Source: an uncultured delta proteobacterium
Lineage (GTDB): Bacteria > Desulfobacterota > Binatia > DP-6
Length of the DNA stretch: 64,000 bases
Assembly (NCBI GenBank): GCA_963815115.1
Contig: CAWFFN010000009.1
Coordinates: 96,001 to 160,000 of the forward strand
Reading direction: 5' to 3'
The notes below the pieces were generated by a model. The model did no database searches, was not told the origin of the DNA, and worked only from the letters and a program-made list of their open reading frames with translations. Shown piece by piece: positions 9,001 to 18,026 of the stretch. The position numbers were made by a program, and so were the translations under genes. How positions within the stretch are numbered: the first letter of the stretch is position 1; each line of letters starts with the position of its first letter.

Positions 9001-10531
9001 GCGGCTCGGCGCGGTCGTGGTCGACCGCGACGAGTGACTTGCTGGCCAGGCGCTCGACCGCGTCGGCCACCCGGTCGCGATCGACGCCGTCCCCGTCGGC
9101 GACCTGCTCGGCAGCGTCGAGCGTGAAGCCACCCGCGAAGACGGAGAGCCGCCGGAAGACGATCTGCTCGTCGGGGGCGAGCAGCTGATGGCTCCAGTCG
9201 AGGGTGGCCCGTATCGTCTGCTGGCGATCGGGGCGGCTGCGCCCCCCGTGGGTGAGGAGATCGAGCTGCTCCTCGAGGCGGGCAGCCACCTGCTCCGGGC
9301 TGAGCGTGCGCAGCCGTGCCGCGGCCAGCTCGATGGCGAGCGGAAGCCCCGCGAGCTCCGAGCAGATCCTGGCCAGCGCTGCGGCATTGCCGTCGGTGAG
9401 CCGGAAGCCAGGCCGCACGTCGGCGCCGCGCTCCACCAGGAGCCGGACGGCGTCGTAGTCGGCGAGCCGCTCGAGCGACTCCAGCGCCTCCGGATCGGGC
9501 CGGTCGAGGGGCGGGACCTCTCGCTCGACCTCCCCCGGCAGGCGCAGCGGCTCCCGGCTGGTCGCCAGCACCTGCAGTTGGGCGCACGCCGGGAGCAGCT
9601 CGCTCACGAGTGCGGCCACCGCGGCGACGACGTGCTCGCAATTGTCCAGCACGAGGAGGAGGTCGCGGTCGGCCAGCGCGGCGCACAGGAACTCGCTCGC
9701 CGACCTGCCGGCCGTCGGCTCGCGCATGCCGAGCGCCCCGAGCACCGCTTCGGGCACCAGCGCGCCCGTGCCGAGGCCCGCCAGCTCGACTAGGCACACG
9801 CCGTCGCGATGCTGATCCTCGACGCGCCTCACGGCCTCCAGCCCCAGGCGCGTCTTGCCGGAACCCCCGGCGCCCGTGAGCGTGACGAGCCGCCGGGACG
9901 CGAGGAGGTCGACCAGCTCGCGCAGCTCCTGCTCTCGCCCCACGAACGAGGTCGTCGGCGCCGGCAGATGGCTCGCGCTGCTCGTCGCGGTGTCCAGGGG
10001 CGGGAAGGACGTCGGGATGCCCGCGGCGACGGCCTGGTGGAGACGAACCGGCCGGACGATGTCGCGCAACCGATGCGCTCCCAGCTCGAGCAGCGAGATG
10101 TCCGGCGCAGGCTGCGCGATGAGCCCGACCGCCACTTCCGAGACGACGATCTGCCCTCCGTGCGTGGCGGCGAGAATCCGAGAAGCCTGATGAAGAGCCA
10201 TACCAAACAGCTCGTCACCCACCTCGGCGACCTCGCCGGCGTGAATCGCCATCCGGACCCGGACGGAGGAACCGCCCGGCCAGGGCTCTGCTGCCAGGGC
10301 GCGCTGGGCCTCCACGGCCGCTGCCACCGCGTCGCCCGCCGAACCGAAGATGAACGCGCAGCCGTCGCCGCCGGTGGGATAGCCGCTGCCTCTGCGGGCA
10401 CCGGCGGCGCCCGTGAGGATCGCGCGCTGGCGCTCGATCACACCCACGAAGGCATCGCCGAGCGCCCCGAGCAGCCGCGTGGACCCCTCCACGTCGGTGA
10501 AGAGCAGCGTCACGATGCGCGCGTCCTGCAT
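9001..10531 (-). pseudogene. 5' part (cyclase + STAND ATPase) of STAND copy C
   Basis: Highly similar to the N-terminal half of copy B; the ORF runs into the IS and stops at 8840. Confidence 0.9.
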
Positions 10532-10550
10532 CTGGTGGCGGTCGCCGCCT

Positions 10551-10584
10551 GAGGTAGACCACACCATTGCCGGCGCCATCAAGC
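10551..10584 (-). promoter_or_regulatory. Conserved upstream box of STAND copy C
   Basis: Identical to 169-202. Confidence 0.55.
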
Positions 10585-10734
10585 ATTCTCGGTCTCCCTC
10601 TCGGTAGGTGGACCTCGGGCTTCGAGACGATGCCGTGGAGGTGAAGGCGAGGAGGAGGTCCGCCCCCGCGGTCGTGACGCTCGAGGTCTGCGGGAGGTGG
10701 CGCGCCGAGTCCGGTGCGTCGTGGGTCTATCGAG

Positions 10735-10757
10735 ACTGGACAGTTTTTCTGTCCAGT
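10735..10757. promoter_or_regulatory. Operator palindrome of the Phd-VapC operon
   Basis: Perfect ACTGGACAG-TTTTT-CTGTCCAGT just upstream of a TAAGAAT -10-like element and GGAG RBS. Confidence 0.7.
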
Positions 10758-10774
10758 GGTAAGAATCTGGAGCC

Positions 10775-10996
10775 ATGACGAAGACCATCCCGGCGGCCAA
10801 GTTCAAGGAGCAGTGCCTCGCGTTGCTCGACCGCGTCGGCCCGGAGGGCATCGTCATCACGAAGCACGGGCGTCCGGTAGCCAAATTGATCCCGCTCGGC
10901 GGCGACTCGGCGAGCCTGATCGGCAGCCTCAAAGGCAAGCTCAAGATCAAGGGCGACATCCTCTCGACCGGTATCCGCTGGGATGCTGAATCTTGA
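10775..10996 (+). CDS. Phd/YefM-family antitoxin
   Basis: TIPAAKFKEQCLALLDRV..IVITKHGRPVAKLIP. Confidence 0.92.
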   Translation: MTKTIPAAKFKEQCLALLDRVGPEGIVITKHGRPVAKLIPLGGDSASLIGSLKGKLKIKGDILSTGIRWDAES

Positions 10997-11345
10997 CACG
11001 CACATCCTGCTCCACGCCGTCGCCGGCAGCTTGAAGTCCCGCGAGCGCCAGCTGCTGCAGGCGCAGCCCTGGAGCATCTCGGCCATCGTCCTGTGGGAGA
11101 TCGCGAAGCTGGCCGAGCTCGGTCGCATCGAGGTGGATCTGCACAGCCCCGAGCTCACCCGCGTCATCTCCCGCGTGCAGCTGTGGCCTCTCACGCTCGA
11201 CGTGTGCCGGGCGATCGACATGCTCGACTTCGACGGCGACCCGGCCGACGAGATCATCGCCGCGACCAGCGTGGTGGAGCGCGTGCCGCTCGTGACGCGC
11301 GACGGGAAGATTCGGCGCTCGAAGGTCGTCCCGCTAGCGCACTGA
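10983..11345 (+). CDS. vapC: VapC PIN-domain toxin
   Basis: LDTHILL, SAIVLWEI, GDPADEII, LVTRD; overlaps the antitoxin. Confidence 0.92.
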   Translation: MLNLDTHILLHAVAGSLKSRERQLLQAQPWSISAIVLWEIAKLAELGRIEVDLHSPELTRVISRVQLWPLTLDVCRAIDMLDFDGDPADEIIAATSVVERVPLVTRDGKIRRSKVVPLAH

Positions 11346-11459
11346 GGATTCGGTACCCGCGCAAGCCCGCGTCGGTCACCGAGTTGCCGCGCCTGGCGCC
11401 GCACTTCGTCGCGCGTCGGAGATTGCGACACCGCGGACCGCCGGGTACACCCGACCCTC

Positions 11460-12356
11460 ATGGCCAGCCCCCAGCTCGCGATGCTCGTCGACATGCTGCG
11501 CAACGCCCCGCCCGTGCCGCAGGACATGGACATCCTCGAGCGCCGCCAGCGCATGGAGGAGCTCACCAGGTCGGCGCCGCTGCCGGACGGCACGCGTGCC
11601 ACGACGGTCGAGGCAGGAGGCGTGCCGAGCGAGTGGGTCGAGGCTCCGGGCTCGACCGATCGCGTGACGCTCCTCTATTTCCACGGCGGCGGCTACACGA
11701 TCGGATCGGTGCGCACACATCGTGCCCTGGTGGCGCGTCTCGCGGCCGCGACCGGCGCGCGCGCCCTCACGGTGGACTACCGCCTCGGTCCCGAGCACCC
11801 CTTTCCCGCGGCGGTGGACGATGCGCTGGCGGCCTACCGCTGGCTCGTACGGGGTGGCGCCGATCCGGGCAGGATCGTCGTCGCCGGCGACTCGGCCGGC
11901 GGCGGTCTCACGGTCGCGTTGCTGGTGGCGCTGCGCGACGCGGGGGAGACCCTGCCCGCGGCGGGCGTCTCGATCTCGCCATGGGCCGATCTCGCATGTA
12001 CCGGCGCATCGATGACGACCTGTGCTGCGCGCGATCCGATGGTCCAGCGCGAGGGGCTTCTCGAGATGGCCGCGGCCTACCTCGCCGGCCAGGATGCGAA
12101 GAGCCCGCTGGCGTCGCCCATCCACGCCGATCTCCGTGGCCTGCCGCCGCTGCTCGTGCACGTCGGGACCGCGGAGACGCTGCTCGACGACGCGACCCGG
12201 CTCGCCGAGCGGGCGCGCGCGGCCGCCGTGCCGGTCGACCTCGAGGTGTGGGACGACATGATCCACGTGTGGCATGCCTTCGCGCCGCTCCTGCCGGAGG
12301 CCGACGAGGCGATCGCGCGGATCGGCGTCTGGGTGCGAAGCACGCTCGGTACCTGA
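11460..12356 (+). CDS. HSL-family alpha/beta hydrolase (esterase)
   Basis: HGGGY, GDSAGG, E..LDD, MIHVW. Confidence 0.93.
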   Translation: MASPQLAMLVDMLRNAPPVPQDMDILERRQRMEELTRSAPLPDGTRATTVEAGGVPSEWVEAPGSTDRVTLLYFHGGGYTIGSVRTHRALVARLAAATGARALTVDYRLGPEHPFPAAVDDALAAYRWLVRGGADPGRIVVAGDSAGGGLTVALLVALRDAGETLPAAGVSISPWADLACTGASMTTCAARDPMVQREGLLEMAAAYLAGQDAKSPLASPIHADLRGLPPLLVHVGTAETLLDDATRLAERARAAAVPVDLEVWDDMIHVWHAFAPLLPEADEAIARIGVWVRSTLGT

Positions 12357-12548
12357 GCGGCCGGCGCCGCACGGCTGGCACTCGCGCGTCCGCACCTCCT
12401 GTCGGCAGGGCACTGGCGCCTCGAAGGGAGCCTTTCAAACCGCTCAGCTCTCGGTCGGCTGATGCTGGTAGGCACTATGAAGTCAATGCCGGTAGCCTAG
12501 CACCTGGCGACGATGGATTCTGATTGACGCTCCACACCGGGCGGTCGT

Positions 12549-14375
12549 ATGCAGGCGCGGGGGACCAGCCTGGGAAGAATGCGCGCAACGGGCGACGCTG
12601 GGGCCCGCCTCGTCGGCGCGGGCGTGCTTCTCGTCGCCATGACTGCCGCGGCGCAGCCGGTGCCGCTCACCCCGGGCTCGACGCTGGTGAGCGCCGCGGA
12701 GCAAGGGAACCAGCCCGCGGTCGCCGCCTCGCCCGACGGGAGCTTCGTCGTCGCATGGTCGCGATACGGCGTACTGCTCGGCGGTCTCGCCGCCCGCAAG
12801 CTGGACGCGGCAGGCGGCGTGCTGGGGCCCATGTCGATCGTGGCGGATCCTTCCCCGTTTTCTAGCCGAGTCGACGAATCGGCCCTGGCGAGCGATCCGG
12901 CGGGCGGCGCTGCCCTGGTGGTGTGGGCGTCGGACGAGTTCAACCCCCGGATCCTGGCGCGCCGGCTCGGAGAAACCGCGACGGCGATCGCGCTGAGTGA
13001 CGACACATCGGAATCTTCGCATCCTGCCGCCGCAGCGGTGGGCCGCGACCGCTTCCTGGTCGTCTGGCAGCGCCAGGACCTGCTGGACCAGGGCAGCGGG
13101 CCCGCCGTCTTCGGGCGTTGGGTGGACGGCGGCGGCCGTCCTTTCGCACCGCAGTTCAGGTTGAGCCCGGAAGAGCGGTTCGTCCCGCACATCCGTCCCG
13201 ACGTCGCGAGCGCGGGCGGCGTGGCGCTGGTCGCCTGGGAGCGTCTCGCCGTGCCGAGCAGCCAGCTGCTCGCCCGTCTCGTGCGACCGGACGGACCGCC
13301 GGGCGGTGTCGACGTGGAGCTGGTCTCCGCCGGTGCCGAGGCGATGCCCGGCGCGGCTGTTGCCGTCGCCGGCATGCCGACGGGCTTCCTTGCCGTCTGG
13401 TCCGAGGAGGACCGCGACGGACCCTTCATCTCGGACCGCAGGCTCGTAGCCCGGACGGTGTCACCCGACGGCGCACTCGGTCCGGTCGTCCGGATCGCTG
13501 CGCTCGAGAACGGGTTCTCCGAGAACCTCGACGTCGCCGCGGATGCTGCCGGCATGGGAGTGGCGGTGTGGCAGGATCTCGACGGCGGCGACGAGATCCT
13601 GCGTGCTGCAAGCATCGACACGAGCACGGGAGCCGTCAGCACCGCCGTCGACGTCGATCCGTCCGCGCAGTTCGCGCCCGCCATCGCTGCAGGATCTCCC
13701 GGACGGTTTCTGATCGCATGGCCCAGCGGGCCGGTGCGCGCGCGGGTGCTGACCTTGTGCGGGAACGCCATCCCCGAACCGGGAGAAGAGTGCGACGACG
13801 GCAACCGCCGCGACGGCGACTGCTGCGCCGCCGCCTGTCGGCTCGAGCCGGTGCCGGGCACCTGCTGGCGGCTCGCCGGGTCGATCCTCGCCCGGCTCTC
13901 CGCCACCGTCACGCAAGCCGGGCAGACCTACGCGTGCGCGGCGCGCTGCCGCGGCGCGAGCGAGGCGACGCTGATCCTGCTCGACGACGGCACGTACCGC
14001 TGGCCGCAAGGAAGCGTCGCGTGTACGAGCGGAGAGACCCGCACGCTCCCCGACGAGGTCGGCCGGCGCCGGGGCCGCGGTGTCCGGGCGCGACTGAGCC
14101 CCGCCAACCTGGCGGAGATCCGGAGCGCCACGCGCGCGTGCACGGGCGCGATGCTCGGCGGCCAGCAGACGACGCTGCGGCTCGGCGGAGATACGCTCCG
14201 TGGCACACAGAGCTCGCACCTCCGCCGCGCCGGCCACCCGTCGATCCGGGTGCAGGCGATGACACGCTTCGCGGGCGTGCCTCTCGGCTCTGGGACACGA
14301 CCCGCCCCGCCCGCGTTGCCGCAGACGATCCCGTCCTGCGCCAGCGAGCTCACGTTCCGCTGCCGGCCCCGCTGA
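12549..14375 (+). CDS. Secreted protein with beta-repeat region and one DUF4215-type Cys-rich repeat (start uncertain)
   Basis: Signal-like N-terminus; repeated PAVA...FxVxW units; CGNAIPEPGEECDDGNRRDGDCCAAAC. Confidence 0.7.
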   Translation: MQARGTSLGRMRATGDAGARLVGAGVLLVAMTAAAQPVPLTPGSTLVSAAEQGNQPAVAASPDGSFVVAWSRYGVLLGGLAARKLDAAGGVLGPMSIVADPSPFSSRVDESALASDPAGGAALVVWASDEFNPRILARRLGETATAIALSDDTSESSHPAAAAVGRDRFLVVWQRQDLLDQGSGPAVFGRWVDGGGRPFAPQFRLSPEERFVPHIRPDVASAGGVALVAWERLAVPSSQLLARLVRPDGPPGGVDVELVSAGAEAMPGAAVAVAGMPTGFLAVWSEEDRDGPFISDRRLVARTVSPDGALGPVVRIAALENGFSENLDVAADAAGMGVAVWQDLDGGDEILRAASIDTSTGAVSTAVDVDPSAQFAPAIAAGSPGRFLIAWPSGPVRARVLTLCGNAIPEPGEECDDGNRRDGDCCAAACRLEPVPGTCWRLAGSILARLSATVTQAGQTYACAARCRGASEATLILLDDGTYRWPQGSVACTSGETRTLPDEVGRRRGRGVRARLSPANLAEIRSATRACTGAMLGGQQTTLRLGGDTLRGTQSSHLRRAGHPSIRVQAMTRFAGVPLGSGTRPAPPALPQTIPSCASELTFRCRPR

Positions 14376-14386
14376 CGCGGGACTCA

Positions 14387-15971
14387 TCACGGCTGCGCGC
14401 CTGGCGGCTCGGCGTCCGTCATGAGCGGCTGGAACGACCCGGCCGGAGCAGCGTAGAGCTCCGCCCAGTCGAGCTCCTCTTCCAGGCGGTGAAACGCCTC
14501 GTCGCCGATCGCGCCCTCCTCGCGGAGCCGTAGCAGCGTCAGCCGCTGGGCCGTGATCGCGCGCAGGCGGAGCCGGTCGTGCTCGGTCGCACCCTGCGGC
14601 TCGTCCGGGTTCGCCGCCACGTCGCGCGCGGCAAGGTATCCCTCGCGGACGGCCGCCGCGGCGGTCGAGCGCTCTTCGGCGAGCGCCTCGACCGCTGCCT
14701 GGATGATGCCGAGACGCCCGCGCGAGATCTCCTGCCCCACTCCACCGTCCGCCTCGAAGCCGAGGCGGTCGAGCAGCGGCTGGAGCGTGAAGCCCTGGAT
14801 GACCAGCGTCCCCAGCACCACGCAGAACGCGGAGAGGACGATGAGGTCGCGGCCAGGAAACCCCGCGGGCAACGCGAACGCGGTCGCGAGCGTGACGAGG
14901 CCGCGCATCCCGCACCAGGAGACGAGCACGCCGCCCGCCACCGTCGGCGGCGTCGCTCCCGACGTCATCGTCACCCCGAACCAGCGGTTCGTCAGACGCC
15001 CCACCGCGACGTAGGCCATCAGGTACGCGATGCGGACGACGATCACGGTCGCGAGAACGGCGCCGCTCACGACGAGGGCGTGCGACAGGCTCTCGCGCGA
15101 GAGGCGGCTCAGGATGGATCGCGCCTGCAGGCCCATGATCACGAACGCGAGCACGTTCAGCACGAACACGGCCGTCTCCCAGACCGAGTACGTGCTGACA
15201 GCGGTTGCGCGCGGACCCCCGGCGCGAGGCTTCCTGTGAGAGCGTCATGCCGTAGGCCACCATGGTGATGATCGGCGACAGGTTCGCGCGCGCGGCGAGC
15301 AGCCAGACGCCGAACGTCCCGACGAACGAGAGCACCGTGAAGCTCGCGGCGTCGCGCACGCGTGCCGTGCCGAGCAGGTACAGCCGGGCGAGGAGCCATC
15401 CCGCGATCGGGCTTCCCACCGCCATCAGCGCAACCAGCGGCCCGGCGTCTCCGAGCGTGACCGTGCCGACGGCGGCGCCGACCGCGATGCGATAGACCAC
15501 GAGGGCCGTCGCGTCGTTCAGGAGGCTCTCTCCTCGGAGCACGTGCAGGATCCGCCGCGGCAGGCGCAGCCTTCCGAGAACCGCCGCGGCCGCCCCGGCA
15601 TCCGGCGGGGCGACGATGGCGCCGAGCGCGACTGCGGCGGCGATCGGAAGGCCTCCCAGCCTCCAGCCCACCCACGCAACGGCCGCGGTGGTGAGCCCGA
15701 CGGCAACGACCACGAGGGACGCGAGCGGGATGGCGTTCCGCCGGAGGTCGCGGGGCGACGTGTCGAATGCCGCGTCCAGCAGGACGGGCGCGACGAAGAG
15801 CGCGAGCGCCAGGTCGGGCTCGATCGCGAGCTCGGGGCCCGCGGGAACGAAGGCAAGCGCGGCGCCGGCGATCGCGAGGAGCGAGGGATAGGGCACGCCG
15901 ACACGCCGCGCGACACCGGTAAGGATCACCGCTCCGAGGAGGAGTGCCAGCGTCCATTCGAAGAGTGCCAT
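14387..15971 (-). CDS. CPA1 Na+/H+ antiporter (1-nt frameshift near 15200)
   Basis: ALGAIVAPPDA, GESLLNDATALV, WCGMRGLVTLATA; two frames join at RNR/VSTYSVWE. Confidence 0.88.
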
Positions 15972-16100
15972 GTCCGGAGTCTAGAGTGTCGGCCGTACCC
16001 GGGGGAACCCGCGACGCGCGATCCGCCACCGGCGCGCTCCGCGGCAGCGACGGCGTCGGGTTGACCTCTGCCGCATCGACCGTGCTCTACTGCGACCGTC

Positions 16101-17702
16101 ATGTGGCGTTCGGCCCGTCTGTCGTACCTCCTCCTGCTGGTGCTGGCCGCTCCTGCGGCGGCGGCGCGGGATCGCATCGGCGAATGCAGCGTGCGAAAGC
16201 TCGCCGTGGCGAGCGCCGACACCCGGTGCCGGCTCGCCGAGCAGGTCCGCGCGCTGCGGAAGCACCGCGACCCGGTCTTCACGCGATGTGATGCGCGACT
16301 CGCGGCCAAGTACGCACGGGTCGAGCGCGCGCTGGGCGCAGCGTGTCCGATGCTCGGCGACGTCGGGGTCGTGCGGGCGGCCGCGCAGCGCTTCGTCGAC
16401 GGTCTCGCAGTCACCGCGCAGGGCGGGCTCCATTGCTCCGACGACCTCGGGCGGCTGGAGCTGGGGGCGCCGCCGTCCCGTCCGGTGCCCGCCGCCTCGA
16501 AGCCGGTCGGATCGGACGGTGTGATCCAGCTCGCCGAGGGGATCTACATGGCCCCCGGCTTCGGCAACACGTTCATGGTCGTGACGCCGGAAGGCAACGT
16601 CATCATCGACACGTCGCTCTCGCTGTTCGCGCCGATGCACGTCACATCCCTGCGGGCCATCGACGCCGGCCCGATTCGCTACATCATCCTCACGCACGGT
16701 CACGAGGATCACACGGGCGGCGTGGCGATGTGGCGGGAGGACGGCACGCAGGTGATCGCGCAGCGCGAGCAAGCGGAGCTGCTGCACTACCAGAACCGGC
16801 TCCGCGGCGTCCTCAGACACCGCAGCTTCGAGCAGTTCTCGCTGCTGCTGGGACTCCCCGCGATCCCGTTCTCGCTCCCGGACGCTCCGGTCGACGACTA
16901 CGGAGGCGAGGTCTTCGCCACCACGACCTTCGAGACCTTCTGCGAGTTCCGTCTCGGCGGCCTCACGTTCCAGCTCGTGCACACGCCGGGCGAGACGTCC
17001 GACCACCTGTCGGTCTGGATCCCGGAGTACCGCATCGCCTTCTCCGGCGACAACATCTACGGATCGTTCCCGAACATGTACACCCTTCGCGGCACCAAGC
17101 CGCGCTGGGCGCTCGACTACGTCGAGTCGCTCGACCGCGTCCAGTCGTGGAACCCCGAGATCCTCGCTCCCAGCCACGAGAATCCGATCTACGGCGCCGG
17201 AACCATCCGCGAGCGGATCCATCGCTATCGCGATGCCATCCTCTACGTGCACGACGAGACCGTCCGCGGCATGAATGCGGGCACTGACGTGTACACCCTG
17301 ATGAACACCATCAAGCTGCCCCCGGAGCTCGACCTGGGCGAGGGCTACGGGGCCGTGGCCTGGACCGTGCGTGGCATCTACGAGGGGTATCTCGGCTGGT
17401 TCGACGAGGATACGGCCACGATGTACCCGGTCGCGCCACAGACGACCTATCGCGAGCTGGTGACCCTGCTCGGCGCCCCGGAGCCGATCCTCGAGCGAGC
17501 CGCCGCACTGGTCACCACCGGCAGCCACGCCGAGGCCCTGCGTCTTACCGACGTCGTGCTCGCGAGCGATCCGGGGAACCGGAGCGCGCTCGAGACGCGG
17601 CTGACGGCGGTCGAGGCGCTGCTGGCGGCGAGCACCAATATCAACGAGAAAGGCTGGCTGAACGGCGCGAGCCGGGCGCTCAGGGCGCAGCTCGCTCGCT
17701 GA
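16101..17702 (+). CDS. Secreted MBL-fold alkyl/aryl sulfatase-like hydrolase
   Basis: THGHEDH, HTPGETSDH, FPNMYTLRG, YLGWFD dimerisation motif; signal peptide. Confidence 0.88.
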   Translation: MWRSARLSYLLLLVLAAPAAAARDRIGECSVRKLAVASADTRCRLAEQVRALRKHRDPVFTRCDARLAAKYARVERALGAACPMLGDVGVVRAAAQRFVDGLAVTAQGGLHCSDDLGRLELGAPPSRPVPAASKPVGSDGVIQLAEGIYMAPGFGNTFMVVTPEGNVIIDTSLSLFAPMHVTSLRAIDAGPIRYIILTHGHEDHTGGVAMWREDGTQVIAQREQAELLHYQNRLRGVLRHRSFEQFSLLLGLPAIPFSLPDAPVDDYGGEVFATTTFETFCEFRLGGLTFQLVHTPGETSDHLSVWIPEYRIAFSGDNIYGSFPNMYTLRGTKPRWALDYVESLDRVQSWNPEILAPSHENPIYGAGTIRERIHRYRDAILYVHDETVRGMNAGTDVYTLMNTIKLPPELDLGEGYGAVAWTVRGIYEGYLGWFDEDTATMYPVAPQTTYRELVTLLGAPEPILERAAALVTTGSHAEALRLTDVVLASDPGNRSALETRLTAVEALLAASTNINEKGWLNGASRALRAQLAR

Positions 17703-18026
17703 CGCCCGCTCGCCGGAAGGCGACGAGTGTCACCCCCGAGCGGTGGGACTCGACCGGTCGTTCGATTTCACAAGCTCCGCAGGCGTGACGGCCTCACGGC
17801 GCGTCCCCGCGCCGACCTTCGGCCTCAGTGGCCCCTCGCGAGCCAGCGGGGGAGGACCATTCGCTCCCGGCTGAAGCATTGCTACGTCTATTCAAGAATG
17901 CGGACATCGGGACAAGCTGCTTGCAAGGTCTCACTTTCCCTTGTGACGGCTATCAATCGTCAGTTATCTTCAAAACCAGAATCCCGAGGTCAGGCGCTCC
18001 TGCGCACTCTGGAAGGAGTGGAACAC

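Noticed and set aside
1-11345. Integron cassette array or DGR as the explanation for the STAND/TA array
   Set aside because: No integrase, reverse transcriptase or recognisable attC sites in the window; TA pairs occur in both orientations; differences between copies do not look adenine-specific by eye.
12420-12530. AT-richer intergenic patch, possible IS scar
   Set aside because: No inverted repeats or transposase similarity recognisable; probably promoter DNA.
17908-17926. Possible sigma-54 promoter (GGGACAAGCTGCTTGCA)
   Set aside because: GG-to-GC spacing is 11 nt rather than the required 10.
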